From NCBI GenBank assembly GCA_964016885.1, contig OZ024744.1:78430001-78494000 (forward strand): DNA of 64,000 bases. The letters run 5' to 3'. The notes beneath the pieces are model-generated. The model saw only the letters and a list, made by a program, of their open reading frames with translations, was not told the DNA's origin and ran no database searches. Positions 12,266-25,934 of the stretch are shown here, one piece after another. Within the stretch, counting starts at the first letter, position 1; every line of letters begins with the position of its first letter. Source of the stretch: Eledone cirrhosa. Taxonomy: Eukaryota. Made by a program: the position numbers and the translations under genes.

Positions 12266-14063
12266 AAATCAGTCAAATTTGTTGAATATTTCCCCTTAGC
12301 AAGCAGTTGAGTTTACAGATGGAGGCATCCTCTAACTAAATCAGTCAAATTTGTTGAATATTTCCCCTTAGCAAGCAGTTGAGTTTACAGATGGAGGCAT
12401 CCTCTAACTAAATCAGTCAAATTTGTTGAATATTTCCCCTTAGCAAGCAGTTGAGTTTACAGATGGAGGCATCCTCTAACTAAATCAGTCAAATTTGTTG
12501 AATATTTCCCCTTAGCAAGCAGTTGAGTTTACAGATGGAGGCATCCTCTAACTAAATCAGTCAAATTTGTTGAATATTTCCCCTTAGCAAGCAGTTGAGT
12601 TTACAGATGGAGGCATCCTCTAACTAAATCAGTCAAATTTGTTGAATATTTCCCCTTAGCAAGCAGTTGAGTTTACAGATGGAGGCATCCTCTAACTAAA
12701 TCAGTCAAATTTGTTGAATATTTCCCCTTAGCAAGCAGTTGAGTTTACAGATGGAGGCATCCTCTAACTAAATCAGTCAAATTTGTTGAATATTTCCCCT
12801 TAGCAAGCAGTTGAGTTTACAGATGGAGGCATCCTCTAACTAAATCAGTCAAATTTGTTGAATATTTCCCCTTAGCAAGCAGTTGAGTTTACAGATGGAG
12901 GTATCCTCTAACTAAATCAGTCAAATTTGTTGAATATTTCCCCTTAGCAAGCAGTTGAGTTTACAGATGGAGGCATCCTCTAACTAAATCAGTCAAATTT
13001 GTTGAATATTTCCCCTTAGCAAGCAGTTGAGTTTACAGATGGAGGCATCCTCTAACTAAATCAGTCAAATTTGTTGAATATTTCCCCTTAGCAAGCAGTT
13101 GAGTTTACAGATGGAGGTATCCTCTAACTAAATCAGTCAAATTTGTTGAATATTTCCCCTTAGCAAGCAGTTGAGTTTACAGATGGAGGCATCCTCTAAC
13201 TAAATCAGTCAAATTTGTTGAATATTTCCCCTTAGCAAGCAGTTGAGTTTACAGATGGAGGCATCCTCTAACTAAATCAGTCAAATTTGTTGAATATTTC
13301 CCCTTAGCAAGCAGTTGAGTTTACAGATGGAGGCATCCTCTAACTAAATCAGTCAAATTTGTTGAATATTTCCCCTTAGCAAGCAGTTGAGTTTACAGAT
13401 GGAGGCATCCTCTAACTAAATCAGTCAAATTTGTTGAATATTTCCCCTTAGCAAGCAGTTGAGTTTACAGATGGAGGCATCCTCTAACTAAATCAGTCAA
13501 ATTTGTTGAATATTTCCCCTTAGCAAGCAGTTGAGTTTACAGATGGAGGCATCCTCTAACTAAATCAGTCAAATTTGTTGAATATTTCCCCTTAGCAAGC
13601 AGTTGAGTTTACAGATGGAGGCATCCTCTAACTAAATCAGTCAAATTTGTTGAATATTTCCCCTTAGCAAGCAGTTGAGTTTACAGATGGAGGCATCCTC
13701 TAACTAAATCAGTCAAATTTGTTGAATATTTCCCCTTAGCAAGCAGTTGAGTTTACAGATGGAGGTATCCTCTAACTAAATCAGTCAAATTTGTTGAATA
13801 TTTCCCCTTAGCAAGCAGTTGAGTTTACAGATGGAGGCATCCTCTAACTAAATCAGTCAAATTTGTTGAATATTTCCCCTTAGCAAGCAGTTGAGTTTAC
13901 AGATGGAGGCATCCTCTAACTAAATCAGTCAAATTTGTTGAATATTTCCCCTTAGCAAGCAGTTGAGTTTACAGATGGAGGCATCCTCTAACTAAATCAG
14001 TCAAATTTGTTGAATATTTCCCCTTAGCAAGCAGTTGAGTTTACAGATGGAGGGATCCTCTAA
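12266..14063. repeat. 72-bp tandem satellite, 25 copies
   Basis: Unit aaatcagtcaaatttgttgaatatttccccttagcaagcagttgagtttacagatggaggcatcctctaact; the only internal variant position is C>T in units 9, 12 and 21 and C>G in unit 25. Confidence 0.98.
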
Positions 14064-14986
14064 AAACTTTGCACTTTGTGTTCAAATAAATATTGTTCAG
14101 AGATGACAAACCTTGTAATATTCTAAATTTATCGCTCAGACAATTTCTTGGTAGCAACTGGTGTAAGGCCTGGATGTTTCAATTATCTTATGTGGGGCTT
14201 CTTTCTCCTTTAATAGCCAGACATTTTTTTACCAGGCCTGTACTGGTTCTCATATCAGGATTTTTGAAGGAGTGAAGATGCATGTAAAAACATTGTTTAA
14301 AATGATCTTGCGCCATACCAACGTATCTCTTGCGAACTTCAGAATTTTCTGTATTGTATGCAATCTGTCTCATGCACAACAGATTTGATATAATAATTCT
14401 GTTTGAGAGGGCAATTTTCTTTGATCCTACAAGAGCAGCTTGGATTATTGTTTGGTATATTTTGGGGGGTAATTTTTTATCTTATAAACAGTCCACACGA
14501 ATAGGATATCTTGATGGTATTGCAATTGAATATTTTACTATATCTATGTTGCGGTGGGAAATGTCTATCTAGTAAATCTGCATATTTCTTACTCACATTA
14601 ATCTTTACTTTAAGGGAAAAGTGGGGTACAAACCAGATAATTATTCTTTTTCTATTATTATTTTTAGTATGGTTAGGGTAGGAATGATTGGGTGTGTGTC
14701 TAATTTTATCCTTAAAACCATTATCTCCCTGGTTGATGCCTCTTATTTTCTGGAGGCATGGTCAAAAATGTACATTGAAACCTTAGGTAGCATATTCCGT
14801 ATATGAACATAAATAAATAATATAATATTCCGTATATGAACATAAATAAATAATATAATATTTTTGTTCTTTTCCTTATTGAGCACTGTTTTCCTTTTTT
14901 CCTTTTCACATCTACGGATATTGCTACACACACACACACACACACACACACATATTACAATCAAATGGTGTTTAAAACATTTAATA

Positions 14987-15031
14987 GCTTACGATCGTTT
15001 CATCCAGACACAAGTCTGATTTCATCAGAAC
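14987..15031 (-). ncRNA. Minimal PLE-type hammerhead motif upstream of Penelope remnant
   Basis: Minus strand GTT-CTGATGA-AATCAGAC-TTGT-GTCTGGAT-GAAA-CGATCG-TA-AGC; palindromic stem III ACGATCGT, GUA triplet. Confidence 0.7.
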
Positions 15032-15614
15032 ATACAAAGGTTAAAACAAATATAATCCTATTTACTTGAACATTTAACAGGATACATTATAGGCGAGAAG
15101 AAGTATTAACATCAATATATTATAGAGCAAGAGTATAAAAATTGAACAGACATAAAAATTGTAATGAAAAATTATAATAAAGATATAATATAAATAATTG
15201 GAGGTACAAGTTATATATAAGGATATGGTTATTAATTATAGAAAAAATATCAATTACATTAGAGTATATGCAATAAATGTAATGTAAGCAGAATGGTACA
15301 ATGAAAGCATATAATGTAGATATTAAAAATTATGATATAAATATCAAAGGGTATATAGATTTCAGGCAAAAAGTTTTATAATATTAGTCATAACATCAAT
15401 GCAGTAAAATATAGAGCCCAAACATACAAAACTTAAAAGTACTATACTTTTACTCTAATATTCAAACAACATTTGATTGTAATTTATGTTGTATTTCTGC
15501 TCTGTATTATACATGATATTTTACAGTGAGCTACTTTCTTACTGGTAATTGGTAACATTGAATATTACCGTTATTTTATATATATTCTTATATATAAATA
15601 TAAATATTATATAT

Positions 15615-16897
15615 ATCATCATCATCCTTATACGTCCGCTTTTCCCTGCTTGCAATGGTAGGACGGGTCCTATTCAGCACAGCATCTCTCCACTTGTTAC
15701 GGTCCTTCGTCATCTCTTCCGTGAGTTTCAGTGATCTGAGGTCAGCTCTCACCACCTCCGCCCAGTTTTTTGTGGTCTTCCCTCTACTGGGATTTCTTGG
15801 CACTTCTTTACCCAGCGGTCATCCTCCATGTGCATCACATGTCCATACCATCTCAGTCTTCTCTCTCACACACTACAACTTATCCCTCTTATACTCAGTT
15901 TCTCTCTCAACTCATCTATACTTGGTTGATCATGTACATTAACATTACACATCCAAAGAAGCATGCTTGCTTCATTTCTCTCCAGCCATCGCATATCCTA
16001 TGCAGTTGCTGCCCATGTCTCACTACCATGCAGCAATTTGCATCTCACACAGGCATCATATAACCTACCTTTTGTATGCAGGGAGAAACCCTTCTTTGTC
16101 AACAGAAGAAGCAGCTCCCTAAACTTCTTCCAACCCATCCTTATTCTAGATACTATGGCCTTGGAACACGCCCTCCCATGCTAATCTGATCACCTAGGTA
16201 CCGGAAGCTAGCAACCACTTCTTTAGAACCTATCTGCATTTGAAAAATGTATCTATTACTGCGACTTCTACTGTTAAATTTTCCTGTACATCTACTGAAT
16301 ATGTAGTTTTCCCTACCTGTTAGTTTGCCTGTAATCCCACTACATCTCTTGTGTACCCAAGATCTGCATTGTGTACATTTTATAGAATGTATGCCAGCTC
16401 CTTTTCTACTCATCCAACGGAATCAGAGTTTTGTCCTCTTTCCTACTTATCAACACTTTTGTCTTAGCTAGGTCCACTCTCAGTCCTCTTGATTCCAACT
16501 GCCATTTCCATAGCCAGAATTTATTCTCTAGCTCCTCCACTAATTCTGCTATAAGTACCAGATGGTCAGCTTAGAGAGGTTTCCATGGACAACCAGTCTT
16601 AAACTCCTCTGTTATGGCTTGGAGGACTATAATGAATAAGAGTGGGCTGAGGACTGAACCCTGATGTACTCCTACTTGTATCTGGAATTGCTCACTAAAT
16701 TCCATTCCTACCCTCACTTTACTGACCCTCTATACATAGCTTGCACTGTCTTTACAAGCCATTCCTCTACACCTAGTTTCCTTAGGGACCACCAGATGAG
16801 AGATTGGGGTTCCCTATCAAAGGCCTTCTCTAGGTCAACAAAAGCTAAGTATAGTGGCTTATTCTTCTCTAAGAACCTTTTTTGTAGTTGTCTCATT
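15615..16897 (-). mobile_element. RTE LINE 3' remnant
   Basis: LYLAFVDLEKAFDR, CTQCRSWVHKRCSGI, (GAT)n tail. Confidence 0.88.
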
Positions 16898-17229
16898 ATA
16901 TATATATATATATATGTGTGTGTATATATGTGAATATATATATGGAAAAAATGAAATTTCATTTCTCACTCTTAGTACGGCTGATACTTAAATATAAGTA
17001 TGTATACATGCACAGTAGTATGTATATACATACATGCACATATGGGTTTACCGAACATTTATTATAATGAAGAAGACTTTGGAAAACAGGATGGCATCCA
17101 AGGGGATGATACAGGATCTTGTTGATTACAAATTTGCTATACCACAACAGACAGATCCCTCTATGCCTCATTTAACACCATCACCTGGCCTATAGCTATC
17201 TTTAGCAAGCATTTGAACCAAGGAAATTC

Positions 17230-17700
17230 CAACTGGAAATTTCTTTGACCAATTCATACTCCAACCTCTTTATTAATCCCCACATCCTTTCTGAGACACA
17301 AATTTCTCAAGCCCTATCTGTAGTTTATCTTTGCTTCCCAGATTACACTCCCTACTCAAACATCACTCTGAATCATGGTCTCTGTACACACAGATTTCAC
17401 TCTCCATCATGTTCCCATCGCATTTTGATATCAGCAACAATAACTTCCAGTTATTCTGACTCAATCTCTCCCTTGCCCACACCTTCAAATATATCTGCTT
17501 CCTCCTCCATTCTTTCAGCCACCAACAAATCTTTAACCGGATCTCTTCCAAGAATATATATCTTACTCCAGCCTTTCCTGAGGTTATTGACTTTGGCAAC
17601 TTCAATAATATTCACAACTCTTCTTGGCTCTTACACTCATCTCATACTGATGCTGTCAATGGAAAAACTGAATCTTTTGCAATCCTGAACCCTTAACATC
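17230..17700 (+). mobile_element. Degenerate LINE AP-endonuclease fragment
   Basis: PHILSETQI and a GNFN motif in another frame. Confidence 0.4.
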
Positions 17701-18239
17701 AATTAGTTTCATTACATGTAACTCTGACAGATATTACAAACACCCCTGGTCTTTTTCTCATCTCCAAACATAACCTTTATTAACCCTATAAAGCCTGGGC
17801 ATTTTAGGAGCTCTGAGAACCCAGCCCACTTTATTCCTGAACCTTCTTCTTCTTCACCCACTTATTCCTGAGAGGGTTGTGGAGGCAGAGTCCTCAAACA
17901 GTCGGTCCTGTCAGTCCTGTCAGAAGCAACCATCTCCAAATGGATATTATCCAACTATCTTGCTTAGCCTAGTCTTCACAGGTTTGACAAAGTACCAGAT
18001 TGGTGATTGGCGCAAATACGACCACTGAAACTGAAACATGATAATGGAAAACAAAGAAGAACCATACTGCATCATTTTTTGTGCGGGTTAACAAGGAAGG
18101 CATTCAGGCCTGTTCGAAATATATTATATTGCAGTCTGCATTTCATGCCACAAAAACTGGCGATGTACCTGCGACCTGTTCTGGGAGGCGTGGGATGGAC
18201 GCACAAACATAGTGTATCATGAGACCATAAAGAGGGACC

Positions 18240-18800
18240 AGAAGGGAGAAAGCCTTAACAGTTGGAACATGGAACATCACAACCCTTACAGGTAAGGGGC
18301 AGGCTAGATGTTACCGGCTAGATATAGTAGGAGTTTCCTCAACAAAGTTCTGTGGCTCTGATACTGTAGTTGGAGGATGGAAACTCCACTATTCAGGTGT
18401 GGTGCCAGAAATGATTGCACAGATGGGAATGGGGATACTCACAAGCCTCTAGCTGTCAGAATGTGTTAAGGACTGGATCCTGTTAGGAGGGAGGATTTGT
18501 TTCCTGAAGCTTATAGTGAAAGATAGTTCTCCATGGGTGGTGCAAGTTTATGTACCAAACAAGGAGACCGAAAACAGGTCCTTCCTTGATGAAGTCATTG
18601 CAGTGTTAGATGTAGTTATGACTGAGTCATATATCCAAATGGCAACTGACCACCTGACATGGAAAGGAGCGATTGAAAGGAATAGTAACCCCAATCTAAA
18701 TACAACTGGAGAGGCCTTAGTAGACTCCTGTTCTAGCAATGGACTCTCTCTTATGAACACCTTCTTCCAGCACAGAGACATCCATAACTATTCCTGAATC
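18240..18800 (+). mobile_element. RTE-clade LINE AP-endonuclease fragment
   Basis: GTWNITTLTGK, VVQVYVPN, NGLSLMNTFFQHRDIH. Confidence 0.75.
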
Positions 18801-19294
18801 ACAATGAAACTTGGCACAAGTATAGACATTTCTACATTTCAAAATTGTTGCTGACGTCATCACTTTTCTGATAACATCATCAGTTGTACCCAGATGTGTT
18901 AAAATTTAGTACTTTTATAGTGTTCAAAATATTTCCAGAACCACTAAGAAACTTTGTAAGGATATAGGTACTACATATATGTACTGTCATGTACCTTCTC
19001 TTTGCTATGTTTTCTATTACATGAAACAACAATAATGCAATATCAAAATTTTGCAAAACAGATAAAAAATTATTGGTAATGTTGTTTGGCGATATTGTTT
19101 TGGTTACCAAGGTTGAATAATTAAATTTTGTAAATCTAAGAAATATGATCATTTTATACCCACTGTTTTAAATCAGTTATGTTAGTATTTAATAGAGTAA
19201 ATTTTAGGAAAAGTCACCAAATTTAAGAGAAAAATCTGCTTCCTTTCAAAAATAATGAAAAAACAAAAACAAAAAAAAAACTAGCATAATAGGG

Positions 19295-19510
19295 TTAACC
19301 CTTTAGCATTTACATAACTCTAAATATATAATTGTATTTTCATGGTAAAGGCTTTATATCACATAATATTGAATCTACTGGATTTTGATATTATTTATTT
19401 TGAGAACAATACCTTAACATAAGTATGAGCAGCTGATTATGGCTGATTTAAAGAGAAAGAGGTGAGAGAATTGTGACCAGATACATTTGGTTTAAATTCT
19501 AAAGGGTTAA
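19295..19510. mobile_element. TTAA/piggyBac-type MITE, orientation B
   Basis: TTAA-CCCTTTAGCATTTA ... TAAATTCTAAAGGG-TTAA; shares its left TTAA with the end of another element (AGGG-TTAA). Confidence 0.85.
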
Positions 19511-19620
19511 ACTATAACTATCTCTGCTCCTTTCAGGTTGTTTGATGACTACTACATTGCATTTATCTGCTCCCTTGCTAATCCCATTCTCGATCATATT
19601 AGTTCTGTGAGCAGTATCAC
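19511..19620 (-). mobile_element. Short Penelope-like RT fragment between two MITEs
   Basis: Minus strand ISKGADKCNVVVIK resembles the PLE RT motif KxADKGNxxVI. Confidence 0.4.
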
Positions 19621-19817
19621 CATTACTCTATATATACTATTGTAATTTTGTGGTAAAGGCTTTATCTTACAAAATATTGAATCTATGAGATTTTGATATT
19701 ATTTATTTTGAAAACAATACAATAACATCAGTATGAGAGCCAGTTACAGCCAGTTTGAACAGAAAGAGGTGAGAGAATTCTGGCCAGATATGGCTGGTTT
19801 AAATGCCAAAGGGTTAA
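19621..19817. mobile_element. TTAA/piggyBac-type MITE, left-truncated, orientation B
   Basis: Same internal sequence as 19295-19510, ends AAAGGG-TTAA. Confidence 0.8.
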
Positions 19818-20959
19818 CATCCTTTTTTTCCTTGGTGGCATAGCTTAGATGGGTCATTATAGATCAAGTCAGCACTCAATCAGACAAACCAGGGGTACAT
19901 AAACTTGCTTACATATGTTCCTACATTTTACAAAGTGCACTAGGTGCATTTTGTCATAGCATCAGCCCCACTACGGAGGTAGTCAGTCATTGACATGACT
20001 GAAGACCCCTCTCAGCGCCATGTTCAGCAAGGTTTCTACAGCTGGGTCCCTTTCTTAACACCAACCACTTTACAGCACGTAATGGGTGTTTTATTGTGAC
20101 ACTAGCACTAAGGAGGTTGTTAGTCATTTAATGAAGAGCCTTCTCTATCCTATGGAGTGAGAACTGGGATGAGGATGGCAAGTATGACACCATGGATGTA
20201 TGAAAATAGGTTGGAAGATAAGAAAGGAAGCAAATATGATGTCAAATGTGTGACAGTTATGGTGGAATGTGGCAGGATGAGTAGAGAGAGTGAACCTAGA
20301 TAGTAGTTAAGACTAGATATGAAAGAGCTATATTTGGAGAACCTATATTTATGAAAAGGCATATGATCTCGTATGATTTGAGAGATGCAGTTAAACATGA
20401 ATTATACAAGACAGTTGTGCAAGGCATTCTAAACCCTGAAATGCATCTCAATCGGCAACACCCATTATGGCACCAATGAAGTGCAAGGGTGTGATCACTA
20501 GGATCTGTGGTGATTACAGAATTGTAGCAAAATCTGTCCACACTTTGACCCCTGGATGACATTTAATGGTCATTTTCTGGGTTATCTCCTTTTGGGCGTC
20601 AACAGGTTTAAGATTGGATGACTTCTGAAGGTCAGCCCTTTGTTCTCAAGTCTTGGAGACAGAGAGAGCGACATAGATAAATAGCCTGCCTTAGAGCAGA
20701 CCAGAAAATTTGGAGCGATTCATGATAGAGTAAACATGTAGACCATTGCTTTCTACAGACTCTTACCTTCTCTTACTCTCTCTTGCACTCAGTCTCTATC
20801 TCTTGGTCTCTCTCTTAACCAAGCCAGTGAAGTTCATGAAGTTTTCTTGATAAATACGATTTAACTCTACTTTTACAAACAAAAAAATACCATACATAAT
20901 CCTTGTGTATTTTTTGTATAGCTTCGGTGTGAGCTATTTTCAATAAATTAATAATATAG

Positions 20960-23900
20960 CAGTTTGGTGTCATCGTGGCTCATTTATATACATTCATTTC
21001 CTGCAGGATCAAGGAACTATCATACCATCATCAACTTATTGAACACTTACCTGCCACATGCAACCTCTGGTCACACCATCACACAACAGTGACCACACCA
21101 CACAGCAAGCTACAAAAAAGCACACATGCAACAAATGAATCAACACCACAACACAATCAACTACCAACACGACCATAAAAATCTTCGCTATAGAATCACA
21201 GTTAATAAGGTTTTACAGAATTACAGGTGTACAACAGAGAAGCCAGAAGATATATTAAATAAAATGAATTCATCCACAATAATCTCGACTATAGACGTGA
21301 AGAATGCACTCCCACAGCTGCAATCGGATGAGGAATCAAGCCAGTTAGCAACTATAAATACACCTTTGGGGGTTATTTTGGTTTAATTTCTTACCGTTCA
21401 GATTATCAGCATCAGCAATATTTCAAAAAGCAATTAATGATATCACAAAGGGTATTCCAGGTGTCACTTCTTACCAGGATGACATAAATGTCTTTTCCAA
21501 GGATAAGTGTAGCCATGAAAAGTCTAAAAGAGCTACTTAGGCATAGAAAAGAATGTCTGAATAAATGCATCTCAGTGCTAATTCACGAAGATGGAAGTCA
21601 GCATTCTTGACTTTGCTATTGATGGTCATGGAATTTGAATGGATGCTTCCTGCATGGAACTCTTGTTACAAGCAAAATTTTGTGGAATTTCAATCAGTTC
21701 TGTATCTCAGTCTTCTCCCAAGGAAGCCTGTGCAGTGCACTCTACATGTGAATGGAGTTCCACTGAAGCATGTGGAGAAGTTCAAGTATCTCGGGGTTGT
21801 GTTCATAAGTGATGGAAGGCAGGAAGCTGAATTAAGTGAAAGAATTGCAGTATCTGGAGCAATAATGTATGAGCTTCAGCATTGGGTAATCAGAAGAAGA
21901 GAGGTAGGTGTAAAAACCAAACTTGTTATCTTCAATTCATGCCAACCCTTACCTATGGTCATGAATTCTGGATTATGGCTGAAAGAATACGATCGCAAAT
22001 ACAAGCGGTTGAAATGGAGTTCCTCCAAAGGTTCTTTGGAGTAATGTTACTTGATATAATGCATACCTCAGAGATCAGAGTCATTCCAGGCAGAACCGCT
22101 ACTCTTGCAAAGTGAGAGATCACAGCTCAGATAATATGGGAATGTCGTTAGAATGTTTCAGGAAAGAATCTGAACAGATTTTACAGATAAAACAAACTGA
22201 CAAGAGACCCAGAGCAAAATAGTTGGATAACATCCATGAGCTTGGCTGGTCTCGCTTGGAGATCAGTCGGAGACAGTTGCTTCTGACGGGACCCGTTGGA
22301 GTGAGTGTTTGAGGACTCTATCCTTATGATCCTCTCAATAGGTGAAGAATTTCAATTCTTGCAGCTATACAGTACTACTCATGTTTCATTCCTAATGTTT
22401 AAAGCAAAGCAGACCCATTATTTCAGCTGCAATCCATGATGAAATTCCAATGGAAGAGTAAACAATAGACAAGTCTATGAGAACTTCTTTCCCTTTTGGC
22501 CTCCAATGCTATAGTTAAGCTGTTTTTCATGAAAGCAAAGACAAATGTCATAATGAATGTGTCCAAACATGGTTTTGGTGCAGTCTTAAAACAGGATGAG
22601 CATCCAGTAATGTGTATATCTTGGTGTCTAACAACAGTAAAAAAAGGTTACACTCAAACAATGTTCGAGACATTAGCTGTGTACTGGACTGTAAGGCGTT
22701 TACATAAGTCTATGTTTAATGTTCAGTTCACCAACTACAAGACACTTGTGTTTATTTTCAGTTCTGATAAGTCGTTGACCAAGAGTTTGACTGCCATGGC
22801 GCAAAGATGGATTGTTGCACTAGGAGCTTACAAATATAACATCATTCATAGAAATAGCAAAAATATAACTCATGCTGATGGTATCCATTACCTGAATGAC
22901 TGCATTATTGTTCCTTCTACATTGTAAAGCAGTACTTGAAGATCTTCATTCCTACCATCTAAGAAGATGAAATTGTTGCCTCGTCAGACAGTATGGTGAC
23001 CAGAGATAAATGCAGATATATTACAAATTGCAAACGATTGCTCAACATGCCAAATTGGTAAAACCAAGACTTCAGAGTAGAAACCATGACTAACAAATTA
23101 TCAAGCTTGGCAATGTATTCATACTGATGACTGCAATCCATTTCCTTAGCAATACTACGCAATTGTGATGATTGACATCTATTCCCAATGGCCAGAAGTC
23201 TATCTCACAGATGACATTCAGTTGCAAGGTAGTTCCACTAGCTTTGGTTACTGACAGTGGAACTCATTTTGCTGTGTTGCGTGTTACTGTCTGGCTGGAG
23301 AGTGTCGGGTGTTGATATCCCTTTACTGCTCCATACAATCCATTATCTAACTGAGAAGAATTTCATAGGAACACTGAAGACTGTAAGCAAAATAACGAAA
23401 CCTACCAATTTCAAGTCTCTCGAAAAATGCATTGACAACTTTCTGCTTCAGTACTGAAATGCTGTTCATGCGACAATCCACGAAAGTCCATCAAAATTGC
23501 TTAAGAATTGTATCTTGTGTTCAAACCTCCTATCCATTTCATTGTCAGAGGTTCATTCTTCAAAGGTAACGAACGATATGTGAGTGGTAAAAGGTATCAT
23601 ATTGAAGAAATTTATTTGTTAAATAACATAAGCATAAAGTGTGTGTGTGTGTGTGGGGGGGGGGTCTTGCAGTCGTGACTGTGTTTTGTCAGACATGCAG
23701 GTGTTTTAAGAGGTGTCTGGGATGTTCCGTTATTGAAGATTGGTAATCGGATGGTGAAAATTCTGTATTTAGAAGATTGAGGTGAACACAGAAAACATGT
23801 TCAAATACACTTCGATGTACAAAAACAAGTTGAAGCTTATCCATTTGGAACATCTGTCAAAGGTCCTGACCCAAGTGGCAGTTTGACGATACAGTCAAAC

Positions 23901-24060
23901 AAAAATATTTCACGTTCCAAAAGTCTGATGGTTCAAGATTTCTCTGATTCACCAATAATACAGGAAACAGAACAAATAGTTGAAGCCGACGAAAATGAAG
24001 AACCAACTTTATGCCAGTGGAATTAATTTCAAAATTCCAGGAGGAATTGTGGTGAATTCA
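20960..24060 (+). mobile_element. Decayed Gypsy LTR retrotransposon pol, interrupted by an RTE fragment
   Basis: RT STIDVKNA..DEESSQLATINTPLG and YQDDI; RNase H SKHGFGAVLKQ..QRW; integrase-like DIYSQWPEV and LVTDSGTHF; possible PBS tggtgtca near 20965. Confidence 0.8.
21690..22340 (+). mobile_element. RTE-clade LINE 3' fragment nested in Gypsy
   Basis: VEKFKYLGVVFISDGRQEAE, PTLTYGHEFW, IQAVEMEFL. Confidence 0.8.
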
Positions 24061-24689
24061 AAACATTTTCTGGACACGTATTTTGCTCAGGATTGAACAT
24101 GAAATCCTACTCATTTAATTGCATCATCATCATCGTCGTTTTATGTCCATTTTTCCATGCTGGCATGGGTTAGATGAGTTGTCCTGTTGTGGGCAATATT
24201 AGGTCAGGTAACCATGTCTTGCTCATACAGAACTGATTTTGGCTTGGTTTCTACAGTTGGATGCTTTTCCTAATGCCAACTACATTTAAAGTGAGTACTG
24301 GGTGCTTTTTGTCATGACACCTACGCAAACACTTTACAGTGAGTACTGGGTGCTTTTTGTCGTGTCACCAACACAACCACTTTACAGTGTTGGCTTTGTG
24401 CTTTTTGTAATGATACCTACACGATCACTTTACAGTGTGGACTGGCTGCTTTTTGTCATGACACCTACATGACCACTTGCAGTGTTTCAGCCTGTCATAT
24501 TTATCACATACCCACGAGTGCCACCCTCCTCCCCCCACACCCATTATCTCTACATAATGGAACATCCCAGACACCTCTTAAAACCCCTGCATATCTGACA
24601 AAACAGCCATGACTGCAACATAAATACGCCTTTTATCTCCAGTAAATAACTTCTGACTCAGACACTCTTATTGGTGGTCACTCCTCTCA

Positions 24690-25680
24690 GGGCGCACTTA
24701 ACTTGACAGTTCATTTCATAAACATCATCAAGTTCCTGCAACTTGTGCAGCTAGTTGTTGGGATGCCACTCTCAGCGTTTTTCTAGCCAGTAGTCGCCAC
24801 TGGTATCTATCCTCAGTCAGGCACAGAAGAATTGCAAAGTTCTGATCTATCCAGTCCTTCATGTCAGGTCAAGATTTTGTTTGTCTTCCTCCAACGATGC
24901 TCCGGAGAAGGGTTTTAGACGAGGAGTCATGACGGGATTTGTGACCATACCATGCAAGCTTCTGTCTTTTTACCAACACAAGGAGTGGTTATTATCTGGT
25001 AGCATATTTATTAACTTGCTGCCTGACAAAGTTGTTTGTTTTGTGTTCTGGGTATATGATGCATAAGCAACCTTCTGAAGTACTTGTGCTTGAATGACTG
25101 GATTTTTCATTCCATGTTGACTGTAAGAGTCCAACTCTTACACCCATATAGTAAGATCAGCCTTGATGTCCAGCTCCGTCATGACAGAAAAGGTCAGGTT
25201 GAGTCTTATAATTATCTCCTTTAGTGATCTGCAATCCTTGGTCAAAATGGATCCTAGTACTTGGGAGTGTTTACTTTTTCAAGTTTTCCTCTGTTCTGTA
25301 TGATGTTGGTTGCTGTATTCTACTTATGACTATTAACCATAATCTTGCTCTTTTCTGAGCTGATCCCAGTTCCATATGTTCCTGATACTTTTTCCAGTCT
25401 GGTGGTCAGTTCCTAGAATTTTGTTTCACTGCTTCCTAACAGTTCAATATCCATCATCAAAGCACAGGTTGGAAATGGGTAACCCTCCAGTGGAAACAAA
25501 GATTTGGAAGTCTTGTTGAAAAGCGCTGGAAAGAGGAGACATCCTTGTGAAACTCCCACTGTTGTCTTGAAGAAGTCTCCAATGATATTATTCAAGAGGA
25601 ATATACTGTTTGAATTTTCATAGTGCTTAGTTGGATATGATTGGTGTGTGAAAGATGTAAATTCCATAATGTTAGACACA
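24690..25680 (-). mobile_element. RTE/BovB-like LINE 3' remnant
   Basis: FFKTTVGVSQGCLLFPALFN, KYLGS- and LLYGC-like motifs. Confidence 0.75.
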
Positions 25681-25710
25681 AACCAATCACAGTCAAAGGT
25701 TTTTTTTCTT

Positions 25711-25934
25711 TTAAACCTTTAACATTTAAACCGGCTATATCTAACCAGAACTCTCTCACCTCTGTTCAAACCAGCTGTAACTGGCCGTTCATACCTACAT
25801 TAAAGTATTGTTCTCAAAATAAATAACATCAAAATCTCGTACATTAGATACTATGTGAGGTAATTATGTAAGATAAAGCCCTACTGTAAAAATACAATAG
25901 TAAATTTAGAATAATGTAAATGCTAAAGGATTAA
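25711..25934. mobile_element. TTAA/piggyBac-type MITE, orientation A
   Basis: TTAA-ACCTTTAACATTTAAACC ... AATGCTAAAGGA-TTAA. Confidence 0.82.

Larger units (their letters stand above)
12250..15031 (-). mobile_element. Penelope-like element remnant (linker + GIY-YIG), containing the 72-bp satellite
   Basis: Minus-strand RKRIIIWFVPHFSLKVKINV..LLDRHFPP..KIFNCNTIKISYSC, CSCRIKENCPL, RYVGMAQDHFKQCFYMHLHSF, CLSDKFRIL..LNTK; hammerhead motif at its 5' side. Confidence 0.85.

Noticed and set aside
12266-14063. CRISPR-like array or repetitive protein
   Set aside because: Units are contiguous with no unique spacers, the context is eukaryotic, no cas genes are present, and the PLE frame has a stop in every unit.
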